Below, in pieces: positions 1 to 7,678 of a stretch of DNA of 64,000 nucleotides. The notes below the pieces were generated by a model. It did no database searches. It had not been told where the DNA came from and was given only the letters and a program-made list of their open reading frames with translations. Source of the DNA: Candidatus Zhuqueibacterota bacterium (GTDB lineage Bacteria; Zhuqueibacterota; Zhuqueibacteria; Zhuqueibacterales; Geothermadaptataceae); assembly GCA_030950365.1 (NCBI GenBank), contig JAUZRQ010000001.1, positions 86,591-150,590 on the forward strand, read 5' to 3'. The stretch's first letter is position 1. Each line of letters begins with the position of its first letter. The position numbers and the translations under genes are program-made.

Positions 1-986
1 ACGAAATTGTATCCAAATTTAATACGGAATTTTCTACAGAATATGCCCAAACCATTACTGGTTCCCAGAACAATACGAAAATTTCAAGCGCGGGAGGCGG
101 TGCAATTACAGCGCAGACAGTGTGGGGGGATATCAATACCGGGGGAGATTCAAATAATATAGTTAATGGCGATACTATTTCTTTTAGTGGTACACGCCGG
201 GATGGTGTATCGGTTTCCGGAACCTATACTATCTCTGATAAAGGCACGGATACGGTACAAGGGCTACTGTCGGCCATCGAGAGTGCATTTAACAATGAAG
301 TTTACGCCACCATTGACAGCAGTGGCGCCATTGTGGTTACGGATCGGCAAACGGGGACGAGTCAACTCTCCTTTTCCATTACGGCAAATAATGAGGGGGG
401 CGGATCATTAACCTTTGGCACGACCTCTGTGACCACGACCGGGCGCTATGCTATAGAGATGACGGCCTCCAAAAACACCAGCAACCAGTTGGTGCTTACT
501 CATAAAGCTTATGGCAGTAGCTACGGATTTCAAATTTCGCAAACCGTCAATAACCTGGGAATTACTGATGGCACATACAGCGGAAAAGATGTTGCCGGTA
601 CAATTAATGGAGAAGCTGCTACGGGAAATGGCCAGGTCCTGACAGGAAATAGTGGTGAGGCCAATGTCGATGGCCTGGTTATCAAATACACCGGCACCAG
701 CACCGGCAATGTTGGAACCATTACGCTGACGCTAGGAGTCATGGAACAATTCGACCGCAAACTCTTTGACATTCTGGATGATTTCGAAGGTTATGTCAAA
801 TACAAAATGGACTCATTGTCGGACAATATCGATCGAATTGATGATAAAATTGATCAACTTGAACGTAATTTGGAGCTTAAGCGAGAACGCCTTATTTCAA
901 AATTTCTGGTTATGGAGGAATTGATCGCCAAACTCAATGCGCAGTCCGCATGGCTCGGCGCCCAACTGGGTGGGTTAACGGCATGA
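1..986 (+). CDS. fliD: Flagellar filament capping protein FliD (hook-associated protein 2), C-terminal part; the 5' end lies upstream of the window
   Basis: Frame 3 is open from base 3 with no stop before the listed Met at 120, so the CDS is cut by the window edge. The C-terminal coiled coil ...DNIDRIDDKIDQLERNLELKRERLISKFLVMEELIAKLNAQSAWL is typical of the FliD C-terminal domain. fliS follows directly. Confidence 0.85.
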   Translation, partial: EIVSKFNTEFSTEYAQTITGSQNNTKISSAGGGAITAQTVWGDINTGGDSNNIVNGDTISFSGTRRDGVSVSGTYTISDKGTDTVQGLLSAIESAFNNEVYATIDSSGAIVVTDRQTGTSQLSFSITANNEGGGSLTFGTTSVTTTGRYAIEMTASKNTSNQLVLTHKAYGSSYGFQISQTVNNLGITDGTYSGKDVAGTINGEAATGNGQVLTGNSGEANVDGLVIKYTGTSTGNVGTITLTLGVMEQFDRKLFDILDDFEGYVKYKMDSLSDNIDRIDDKIDQLERNLELKRERLISKFLVMEELIAKLNAQSAWLGAQLGGLTA

Positions 987-1066
987 TTGCGGATAGGGGA
1001 GATATGGGACTCTGGCTTATCGAAGGAAAATAGGAGGACATGAAATAAACATTAAGAGGATTCTTC

Positions 1067-1486
1067 ATGGATGCCAAGCACTTCACCCACTACAAATCCA
1101 CTGAAATATTAACTGCGGATCCGGCGAAGATCATATTAATGCTATATGATGGCGCCATTGCGTATATGCATCAGGCAGCAGATGCGGCTGAAAGTAAAAA
1201 TTATTTGGAACGGGCCAATAAGATTACTCGTGCCAACAATATTTTGTTGGAATTGCTTTCTTCTTTAAATTTTGAAAAAGGCGGCGATATAGCCAGCAAT
1301 TTGCGGGAAATTTACGTTTTTTTGGTGAAAGAGCTTCTGAAAGCAGATAGAGAAAACAATGCTCAGCTTATTCGCGCCTGTTCTGATATCTTGAATACAA
1401 TTCGGGAAGGATGGCAGACCCTGGTTCAGCCAGGCAATTCAGTGGAGCCGGTGGAGTCTCAAACAACTTTTTCGAATATTGCCTGA
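1067..1486 (+). CDS. fliS: Flagellar secretion chaperone FliS
   Basis: 139 aa. The pattern ...YKSTEILTADPAKIILMLYDGAIAYM...NLREIYVFL... matches the FliS helical-bundle family. It lies immediately downstream of fliD. Confidence 0.9.
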   Translation: MDAKHFTHYKSTEILTADPAKIILMLYDGAIAYMHQAADAAESKNYLERANKITRANNILLELLSSLNFEKGGDIASNLREIYVFLVKELLKADRENNAQLIRACSDILNTIREGWQTLVQPGNSVEPVESQTTFSNIA

Positions 1487-1500
1487 ACAATTGGGGTATT

Positions 1501-1884
1501 ATGAAAAACTCAACATTAAACAAGACACCCCATGATGATCAGATTGAACAGCTCCTCAGCGCATTCAACCGAGAATTGGATATTGAATACAATGCGTTGA
1601 AAGACGCCGAGATATCTTTATTGATGACCTCTAAAGCTCGTCAAGGGGAGATACAAAAGAAGCTCGATAGACTGGTTGAAACTGGCCACGGGCTTCAAGC
1701 CTATAAACGGCTGCTTCATCTGATGGAAGAAAAGATCAGTCGAAATTTGACCATGTCAAAAAGGCTACATAAACAATTGCGCAGAGAACTTCGGGAGCTG
1801 GGTAATTTTCGCCGTGTCCGGCGGCAATTATTTCCTCAAAAAAATGAAAATAATACTCCAGTTTTAATCGATATTCGACGATAA
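1501..1884 (+). CDS. Hypothetical helical, charged protein; possible FliT/FlgN-type flagellar export chaperone
   Basis: I take the start at ATG 1501, because the listed ORF from 1411 would overlap fliS. This gives 127 aa, heptad-like and basic at the C-terminus. I recognise no motif. The only functional hint is its position between fliS and flgM. Confidence 0.4.
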   Translation: MKNSTLNKTPHDDQIEQLLSAFNRELDIEYNALKDAEISLLMTSKARQGEIQKKLDRLVETGHGLQAYKRLLHLMEEKISRNLTMSKRLHKQLRRELRELGNFRRVRRQLFPQKNENNTPVLIDIRR

Positions 1885-1997
1885 TTTTAAAGAGATTACG
1901 ATTTCGCTGAATGCGTTTTTGGGGCAGAAGCAGGAAGAAAGTTCTTTGTCAGGAGGAGAAACGCATGTGATTCGATCTCATCACGATAGGCGGGAAG

Positions 1998-2396
1998 ATG
2001 AGCGTAAACGGGACGGATAATCGAAAACAGATCGAGTCGTTGTTGGATGAATTGAATTCACAATATGAAACACTCGAAAAATTGTACAGCTTGTTGCAAA
2101 TCATCAATTATAATCTGGATAAAAAAATTCTTAACTTTTTGCAGCCATTAAATATGGCCAAAGCTACGTTGCTAGAAGAGCTACATGCCCATAAAAAGAG
2201 ATTGGATACCTGGATTCAACAAGGCATTCAAGGACAGGATATTGATCATCAGCGCATTGAACGAGAAGTTCAAAAAATAAAGAGCCTTGCCGAGCAGATC
2301 GAGCAAATGGAAGAGGAAAATTTAGCCAAAATGAGGCTTATTTCAAGTCAGGATTTCTTGAAGCATCAGAAGAGAGGAGCTCTCTATGCGTATTGA
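1998..2396 (+). CDS. Hypothetical coiled-coil protein, FlgN-like
   Basis: 132 aa. The leucine-rich helical pattern (IESLLDELNSQYETLEKLYSLLQ...) resembles FlgN-family chaperones. It overlaps the flgM start by 11 nt, which suggests translational coupling. Confidence 0.45.
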   Translation: MSVNGTDNRKQIESLLDELNSQYETLEKLYSLLQIINYNLDKKILNFLQPLNMAKATLLEELHAHKKRLDTWIQQGIQGQDIDHQRIEREVQKIKSLAEQIEQMEEENLAKMRLISSQDFLKHQKRGALYAY

Positions 2397-2832
2397 AAAA
2401 CCCAATATGAACCAAATCGAGGCTTCGCAAAAGGCATATAAATCGGTCGCTGCTGAAAAAATTGCCGAGCAGAATCGAAAAGCGCAAAACCCCTCTGAAG
2501 TAAAACGGGATATTGTAGAGATTTCTTCTGCAGCAAAAGAGCTACTGGCTAGGGCTACCCAAAATGGTCGGTTGGCCCAGGATTCACCGGATCTGATAAT
2601 TTCCAAAACCCAGATTGCCGTTTCGCTGCAAAAAGCTGGTCTTGTAGATGATACTGAAAAAGCCGATAAGATTTCCGAAAAAGTGTTTCAAAGGCTAAGT
2701 GAGGAAAGTGGTTTGAAAAACGATAAGATTGAGCGTGTAAAAGAGCGCCTCGAGAGTGGATTTTATGATTCACCTCAAGTGATCGAAAAAATCGCTGAAG
2801 GCCTCATGAAAGATATGAAATTCAACCAATGA
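2386..2832 (+). CDS. flgM: Anti-sigma-28 factor FlgM
   Basis: 148 aa. It carries DIVEISSAAKELL and the C-terminal DKIERVKERLESGFYDSPQVIEKIAEGLMKD. These match the FlgM signature (V-x-L-S...; kV..ik.aI..G.Y.vd...iA.kl). Confidence 0.75.
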   Translation: MRIEKPNMNQIEASQKAYKSVAAEKIAEQNRKAQNPSEVKRDIVEISSAAKELLARATQNGRLAQDSPDLIISKTQIAVSLQKAGLVDDTEKADKISEKVFQRLSEESGLKNDKIERVKERLESGFYDSPQVIEKIAEGLMKDMKFNQ

Positions 2833-2914
2833 TACACGATTCCTATTTGGGGGCATCCCTGTTTTTTGTGACCGCTAATTGTTTATGCCAGGGAGGGCGT
2901 AAGCATTGTGGCGA

Positions 2915-3955
2915 TTATTCTGCAAATTTTTCCAATATCTTTTGCACCAGTTTTTGATTGAACAAAGGCTCGGCATGAAATAGGCTAACCACGTCACATT
3001 GTTGCTCCACGAAATAATTTAACGCCTCTTCAAGCCGCTTTAAGTCTTCAGGAGTTGCCTTGGCGGGCAAATCAATTTCCGGTATAACTCTCACCTTTTG
3101 AAGCTGCTTAAACTCACTCATCATGCTCTCGATCCATTGCAGAGAAATGTCAAATTGAAACAAATGGAATTGTGGCGAAATGACTTCCACCAATCCTGAC
3201 CATTGTTTCAGGTATTGCCCCGTACTCCGGCGTAACTTCTCAAGAACTTGTGGCGGCGTTATTGGCGGAATTTGTACAAGCATGTTGCCATTTTTGCCAG
3301 TCTTTTCAAACTCTTCAGCGATCAAAATTGGAATTAAAGTAACATTTTCCGCCCGGAACTGAAACCAGTCGTCGATGGCATCAAGAGGATTGGGTTTTCC
3401 TGAATAATCCAAAAACTGATAGCGACAAAAGTCACAATAGCAATAGTTGGGCAGGGCTGTGCCATCTTTATCAAAGGCCTGAATTTCAGGCAAGTAGGGA
3501 TAGTGCAAAAATTCCAGGCTGACTAATAATGGATCAAAGGTTTTGATGGCATCGCGGATAAGCTGTATCCGATAATTTCGGTAGGGTTCGTTAGATGGGC
3601 AAATGGGCTTATACCAGGAAGAAGGAAACTCGGCTTTGCCTCTTAAATTGACCGGCCGATATTGTGGAATGGTGTCAAATGTATCCGGATCATGAAACAC
3701 CGGAAATTCCGGAATGAAAGCTATGTTGTGATCATGACATTGATGCTGAAATTTGGTCAAATCCCATTCCCCATTCTCGGAACCGCCTTCAACCGGGAAA
3801 AATAGCCGACTTCCTTGAAAAACAGGTACAATAATTGAACGGATGCGAAGTTGTTGGAGATGGTTGAGAATAAGGTTGAAATTGCCAATGAAATGTTTTC
3901 CCCAGATTGTGTTGGGATAAAGTTTCAAGGTAAACAGCATAAAATTATCCTGCAA
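2915..3955 (-). CDS. Hypothetical protein (346 aa), possibly a TIM-barrel/glycoside-hydrolase-like fold with a CYCDFC cysteine cluster
   Basis: Long uninterrupted ORF with coding-like composition. I cannot place it in a family with confidence. It contains NYCYCDFCRYQF and several aromatic-rich segments. Confidence 0.6.
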   Translation of the reverse strand: MQDNFMLFTLKLYPNTIWGKHFIGNFNLILNHLQQLRIRSIIVPVFQGSRLFFPVEGGSENGEWDLTKFQHQCHDHNIAFIPEFPVFHDPDTFDTIPQYRPVNLRGKAEFPSSWYKPICPSNEPYRNYRIQLIRDAIKTFDPLLVSLEFLHYPYLPEIQAFDKDGTALPNYCYCDFCRYQFLDYSGKPNPLDAIDDWFQFRAENVTLIPILIAEEFEKTGKNGNMLVQIPPITPPQVLEKLRRSTGQYLKQWSGLVEVISPQFHLFQFDISLQWIESMMSEFKQLQKVRVIPEIDLPAKATPEDLKRLEEALNYFVEQQCDVVSLFHAEPLFNQKLVQKILEKFAE

Positions 3956-4025
3956 TTAAGAAGTAACAATGATGAATTCAGTTCCAGAAAACTGGACCAG
4001 GCGAGGCATAAAGGTAGGATAAAGA

Positions 4026-4112
4026 TGCCGAGGGCCGGACTCGAACCGGCACGGTCATAAAATGACCGAGGGATTTTAAGTCCCTTGCGTCTGCCAATTT
4101 CGCCACCCCGGC
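4026..4112 (-). tRNA. tRNA-Leu (anticodon TAA)
   Basis: The reverse complement folds as a cloverleaf. It has acceptor GCCGGGG/CCTCGGC, anticodon loop CTTAAAA, a long variable arm and T-arm GGTTCGAGTCC. No CCA is encoded. Confidence 0.9.
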
Positions 4113-4121
4113 AAGTATGAG

Positions 4122-4197
<76 letters not shown>

Positions 4198-4209
4198 TTG
4201 AGAAAAGAG

Positions 4210-4281
4210 AGCGGGAGACGGGATTTGAACCCGCGACCCCCACCTTGGCAAGGTGGTGTTCTACCACTGAACTACTCCCGC
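4210..4281 (-). tRNA. tRNA-Gly (anticodon GCC)
   Basis: The reverse complement GCGGGAGTAGTTCAGTGGTAGAAC...CTTGCCAAG...GGTTCAAATCC...CTCCCGC forms a cloverleaf with anticodon GCC. Confidence 0.9.
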
Positions 4282-4292
4282 AAGCCGCCCTA

Positions 4293-4321
4293 AATATAAA
4301 ATAATTGGTCTGGCAAAGCAA
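4293..4321 (-). promoter_or_regulatory. Sigma-70-type promoter for the Gly-Cys-Leu tRNA operon
   Basis: The minus strand reads TTGCTT-17 nt-TATATT. The -10 element ends about 11 nt upstream of the tRNA-Gly 5' end. Confidence 0.5.
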
Positions 4322-4365
4322 GTTTTTTTTAAAGAGATTTGACCAATCGTCAATTGAGGGAAAAT

Positions 4366-6060
4366 TCAAGAGAGGGCGGCTTTGGCTTGGCGATAGCCTG
4401 TCTTTGGCGATTGTACACATTCAAGAATTTTTTTCATACGCAATGCAAAAGCATGCTTTTCATAAACGGCCCTACGACCTTGTTCAGCAAATCGTCGCGC
4501 CTCTACCGGATGCTTCAAAAAGTATTGAACTTTACGGACCAGCTCATCATCGTTGCGGTAGCATACTAACTCCTTTTCGAGATCAAAAAGCCGCTCGAGC
4601 TCTTCTGAATATTCAGCCAGCAAAAATCCGCCACAAGCGAGTACATCGAAAATGCGAATGGGCACAATGTCACTCTGGTAAAGCCGGTTGATATCCAGAT
4701 TGATTTGAGTGCCAGAGTATATTTTATTGATTTCCTGGTTGCGGCCTGCTGGCCCCATGTAGCGGGCGCCACAGGATTCCAGCACTTTCCAGCCGCGGTC
4801 GCCCCAGAGTTTCAAGCCAAATCGCGCCACGATTCGCAGGTAGTTCAATCGCTTTTCGGACGCAGCGATTTCCGAAATGAGCATGATCGGATCCGGCAGG
4901 TTGTTTTTGCGCGAATATTGAATAAATTCATAGAAATAGTGCGATGCCAATTCTTGAATTAAGAACGACCCAAAATGATCACGCTGAATTTGCAATATCT
5001 CCTCAAGATCGGCCTCGAATTGGTTGCGTTTTTGCTGAGTCGCTTGATATTGCGCGTACTGGGCAAAGAGCAAACGGCGGTATTCCAAGGCTTGCTCTAC
5101 CATACTTGAGCCAACAAATGAAACAGGCGCTTGGTATTTGGATTTTTCTTCCGGTTTTAATGCTACCGGGTGCCGCAAGTTCGTATCCGCCCCCAAGGGC
5201 AGGTAGTAAACATGCTTGAAACCAGCATGTTGAAATTCCTGCACGATGGCCGGCCGATAGCAAAAAATAAAGCATCCATCAGTTGATGCCGTTGGTTTTT
5301 TTAAATGATCCACGAATGGATCAATTTCCCAACAAGCTACCGGTACTTGCATTTGATGCGCCAGTTCGGCCAAACCGGAGATGTAATTTATCACGAACAA
5401 CAATTCAGGTTTGAATTTGAGAATAGCATACTGGATTTCATCCAGTGAAATCCGCTTTAAATCAAGAGAATAAACCGAATAGCCCTGATTGCGAAAAAAA
5501 GAAAACGCTTCAAAAGAATAGAGCGTCTCCGGCGATATCATGACACGTCGGTCGCTCAAGCCATTTTGCAGTAGCGCAAATTCAGCGAAATAGACTTGCT
5601 GCAAAACTGGATGAGCAATTTTTTCGTAATCGTCACCATCGATAAAATCAATGATGTCGATGCCGAGCGCCAATTGCAGCCTTCCGCTGCGAATTTCCGC
5701 AGAGAAATCGGTGTGCATTAGAAGGATACGAAGCAAATATGGATCCCGATCCCAGACCACCAATCTCGAAACAGAGGATTGCTTGAGCAGATGCTTGACC
5801 AGATCAGGACTACCAGCACCAAATAAAAATAGCCTTCCTTCAGGTTTGTTAATTGTTCGCAACAATTCTTCAAGTGGAAGATTGAGGCAGTAGCGGCTTT
5901 GTCCCTGTTTTAGAAGAATACAATTATCACGCATTTCAAGGTGATTATCTAGAACCGGCAGGGCGATGCGACCAGCCAGGGCAGGATTTACCTGTTGTAG
6001 CGCATGGATGTTGTGTTGCAGATGGGAAAGAGACAGGCGATCAATTTCGTCGATTTTCAT
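4366..6060 (-). CDS. Putative glycosyltransferase: Maf-type N-terminal region fused to a DUF3880/CgeB-like (GT1-related) C-terminal domain
   Basis: 564 aa. The N-terminus (LQHNIHALQQVNPALAGRI...LFLFGAGSPDLVKHLL...LVVWDRDPYLL) resembles the N-domain of motility-accessory-factor proteins. The C-terminus (INLDINR...IRIFDVLACGGFLLAEYSEELERLF...ELVCYRNDDELVRKVQYFLKHP) resembles CgeB-type glycosyltransferases. Confidence 0.6.
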   Translation of the reverse strand: MKIDEIDRLSLSHLQHNIHALQQVNPALAGRIALPVLDNHLEMRDNCILLKQGQSRYCLNLPLEELLRTINKPEGRLFLFGAGSPDLVKHLLKQSSVSRLVVWDRDPYLLRILLMHTDFSAEIRSGRLQLALGIDIIDFIDGDDYEKIAHPVLQQVYFAEFALLQNGLSDRRVMISPETLYSFEAFSFFRNQGYSVYSLDLKRISLDEIQYAILKFKPELLFVINYISGLAELAHQMQVPVACWEIDPFVDHLKKPTASTDGCFIFCYRPAIVQEFQHAGFKHVYYLPLGADTNLRHPVALKPEEKSKYQAPVSFVGSSMVEQALEYRRLLFAQYAQYQATQQKRNQFEADLEEILQIQRDHFGSFLIQELASHYFYEFIQYSRKNNLPDPIMLISEIAASEKRLNYLRIVARFGLKLWGDRGWKVLESCGARYMGPAGRNQEINKIYSGTQINLDINRLYQSDIVPIRIFDVLACGGFLLAEYSEELERLFDLEKELVCYRNDDELVRKVQYFLKHPVEARRFAEQGRRAVYEKHAFALRMKKILECVQSPKTGYRQAKAALS

Positions 6061-6115
6061 GATTTGAAGTCGCCGAGCTTTGAGATTCGATTCTTTGGCG
6101 CATTTTCTCTATTAT

Positions 6116-6142
6116 ATCTCGGCGTTTTTTGCGCAAGCTTTG
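6116..6142 (-). promoter_or_regulatory. Sigma-28 (FliA/SigD)-like promoter upstream of the 564-aa Maf-N/CgeB gene
   Basis: The minus strand reads CAAAGCTT-gcgcaaaaaac-GCCGAGAT, against the consensus TAAA-N15-GCCGATAA/T. A TATAAT hexamer overlaps it, but no usable -35 lies at 16-18 nt. Confidence 0.35.
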
Positions 6143-6240
6143 GCTCTTTGCGCGGTTGTAACGTAGCAAATACAAAACCAGAATTAATAGTGCGAAGGTA
6201 ATAAAGATTTTCAGCATTTACTGAACTCCTAAAATAATTC

Positions 6241-6269
6241 TTGCAAACGATTTCGCTCGATTGTATAAT
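6241..6269 (+). promoter_or_regulatory. Near-consensus sigma-70 promoter for the small ORF 6341..6577
   Basis: TTGCAA (6241-6246), a 17-nt spacer, then TATAAT (6264-6269). Confidence 0.6.
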
Positions 6270-6340
6270 CTAACGTACAAGATGTACAGCATTTTGTATT
6301 TGAGGGATTCAAAAGCGCGCATTTTTATTGGAGCGAAACA

Positions 6341-6577
6341 ATGGATCATGTTGATTATACGGAATTGATTATCACCTGTGAAGCTTGTGGCAGCGTAACC
6401 AAATATACATTGAAAGATGAGTCCGAAGCGGACAGAATATTTCAACAATTTGAATGCGAAAATGGTTGCGGCAGGAATTTGTATAGTTTTATTACATTGG
6501 GAACGCTAAAGCGCGAAGGCAAGTCCTCTGGCCATGCCGGCAGCCTAAATCGCTCCAGGGAAGCATCAACAGAGTAA
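6341..6577 (+). CDS. Small hypothetical zinc-ribbon-like protein (78 aa)
   Basis: A stand-alone unit. It has a consensus promoter at 6241-6269, a GGAG RBS about 6 nt before the ATG, and a strong hairpin terminator at 6605-6630. Cysteine pairs CEAC and CENGC suggest a Zn ribbon. I recognise no family. Confidence 0.55.
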   Translation: MDHVDYTELIITCEACGSVTKYTLKDESEADRIFQQFECENGCGRNLYSFITLGTLKREGKSSGHAGSLNRSREASTE

Positions 6578-6597
6578 ATCATCACCAGAGATCGAAA

Positions 6598-6630
6598 ATA
6601 AAAAAGCCTTGCACATGCAAGGCTTTTTTG
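6598..6630. terminator. Bidirectional Rho-independent terminator between the small ORF (+) and tRNA-Ala (-)
   Basis: An 8-bp stem AGCCTTGC/GCAAGGCT with a 4-nt loop. It is flanked by an A-run upstream and T6 downstream. Confidence 0.8.
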
Positions 6631-6703
6631 TGGAGCTGATCGGATTCGAACCGACGACCTCATGACTGCCAGTCATGCGCTCTCCCAACTGAGCTACAGC
6701 CCC
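6631..6703 (-). tRNA. tRNA-Ala (anticodon GGC)
   Basis: The reverse complement GGGGCTGTAGCTCAGTTGGGAGAGC...CTGGCAG...GGTTCGAATCC...CAGCTCCA carries the G3:U70 alanine identity pair. Confidence 0.9.
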
Positions 6704-6715
6704 GATTGCAGTCAT

Positions 6716-6745
6716 ATAATATACACTTCAAAATCGGAAAGTCAA
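6716..6745 (-). promoter_or_regulatory. Sigma-70-type promoter for tRNA-Ala
   Basis: The minus strand reads TTGACT-17 nt-ATATTA (or 18 nt-TATTAT). It ends about 13 nt upstream of the tRNA 5' end. Confidence 0.5.
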
Positions 6746-6804
6746 GATTTTTATCCAACCTTTTAGCTTTTCTGCGATTTCTCTTCTACTTGACTCATCC
6801 CGCC

Positions 6805-6831
6805 TCAAATTCCTGTTTTCCTTGCCGATAT
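6805..6831 (+). promoter_or_regulatory. Sigma-28 (FliA/SigD)-like promoter upstream of ORF 6851..7273
   Basis: TCAAATTC-ctgttttcctt-GCCGATAT. The -10 element is identical to the B. subtilis SigD consensus GCCGATAT. The -35 element is CAAA/TCAA against TAAA, at 14-15 nt. Confidence 0.4.
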
Positions 6832-6850
6832 TTTAGTAAGTGAAGATGCG

Positions 6851-7273
6851 ATGGAGGAACACAGGGAAATTGTTATGGCAACGGCAAATACTTTTCTAAA
6901 ATATTGTAACTGTTGTAAAATAATAACTTTAAAATTAATGTTTTTCTTTGTATTTTCGGCGTTGCACGGGGCTGAAACCAATCCGCAAAATTATCCAAAT
7001 ACGCCTTCGAAACAAAAGTTGAAGTTTTCGCAACAATTTAAAAACCGGATGAAAAGTACCGATTCTGTTAACGTCATAGATTTAGGCAAGATTTTCATTG
7101 CGCCACCAATTGAGGGTAAGGTAAGCAAACTCAAGCATGATTCTCCATATCAGGAATTGCACAAGCTGAATCAGGAGCGGATGGAGATATTGAAAACCCT
7201 CAAACGGCTGGAAGACCGAATGAATAAGCGAAAAAAGCGTAAAAAACGGCCATCGCGAAGGCCGTGTGTGTGA
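6851..7273 (+). CDS. Hypothetical secreted or membrane-anchored protein with a lysine/arginine-rich C-terminus
   Basis: 140 aa from ATG 6851. An alternative start is ATG 6875, which is preceded by AGGGA. It has an N-terminal hydrophobic signal-like segment (LMFFFVFSALHGAE) and the C-terminal tail NKRKKRKKRPSRRP. Confidence 0.5.
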   Translation: MEEHREIVMATANTFLKYCNCCKIITLKLMFFFVFSALHGAETNPQNYPNTPSKQKLKFSQQFKNRMKSTDSVNVIDLGKIFIAPPIEGKVSKLKHDSPYQELHKLNQERMEILKTLKRLEDRMNKRKKRKKRPSRRPCV

Positions 7274-7483
7274 GAAAAAATATCCAGCAAATACCCGGTT
7301 TGAGGGTATTATTGTAAAAAAAATAATTTTGCATTGAAATTTGACAATGTCAGTGAAATAAACTGTCCCACATTATCAGCCTGAAAGATTGCGGGCCAGG
7401 AAGGACGCCAGGCTCATGCCGGTGCGCAGGGAGGCGCAGGGCGGCAGCAATGTTCAGGATGATAATACCTGGGACATAAAAAG

Positions 7484-7518
7484 TGCCCGTACCTGATGCA
7501 AGGTCGGGCATTTTTTTT
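7484..7518. terminator. Bidirectional Rho-independent terminator between convergent genes
   Basis: Stem TGCCCG(t)ACC/GGTCGGGCA, followed by T8 on the plus strand and CTTTTTA on the minus strand. Confidence 0.7.
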
Positions 7519-7678
7519 GTCCCAATCCAGAGGCACGGCTGCCAGCCACAAGTTATAGTTGTTCCATCCAGCTACAATCGTAAATTCGCCTGAATTGACA
7601 CTACTGAAAGTCTTTTGGAGCAAAGCGTGGAATGGCAAATTTGAGCCATGCGCCAAATGTGCCGCCGATATTGGTTAG

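Noticed and set aside
7290-7310. A 7-bp hairpin AATACCC/GGGTATT just after the stop of ORF 6851..7273
   Set aside because: It is followed by ATTGTAAAAAAAA rather than a U-run, so it is not a convincing terminator. The strong bidirectional terminator at 7484-7518 is the more likely 3' end.
7414-7656. An 80-aa minus-strand ORF downstream of the monooxygenase pseudogene. Also a possible 26-codon plus-strand ORF at 7416-7496.
   Set aside because: The minus ORF runs through the bidirectional terminator hairpin and has an implausible composition. The short plus ORF has only a weak RBS and no promoter. The GC-rich patch at 7400-7470 may be further gene debris.
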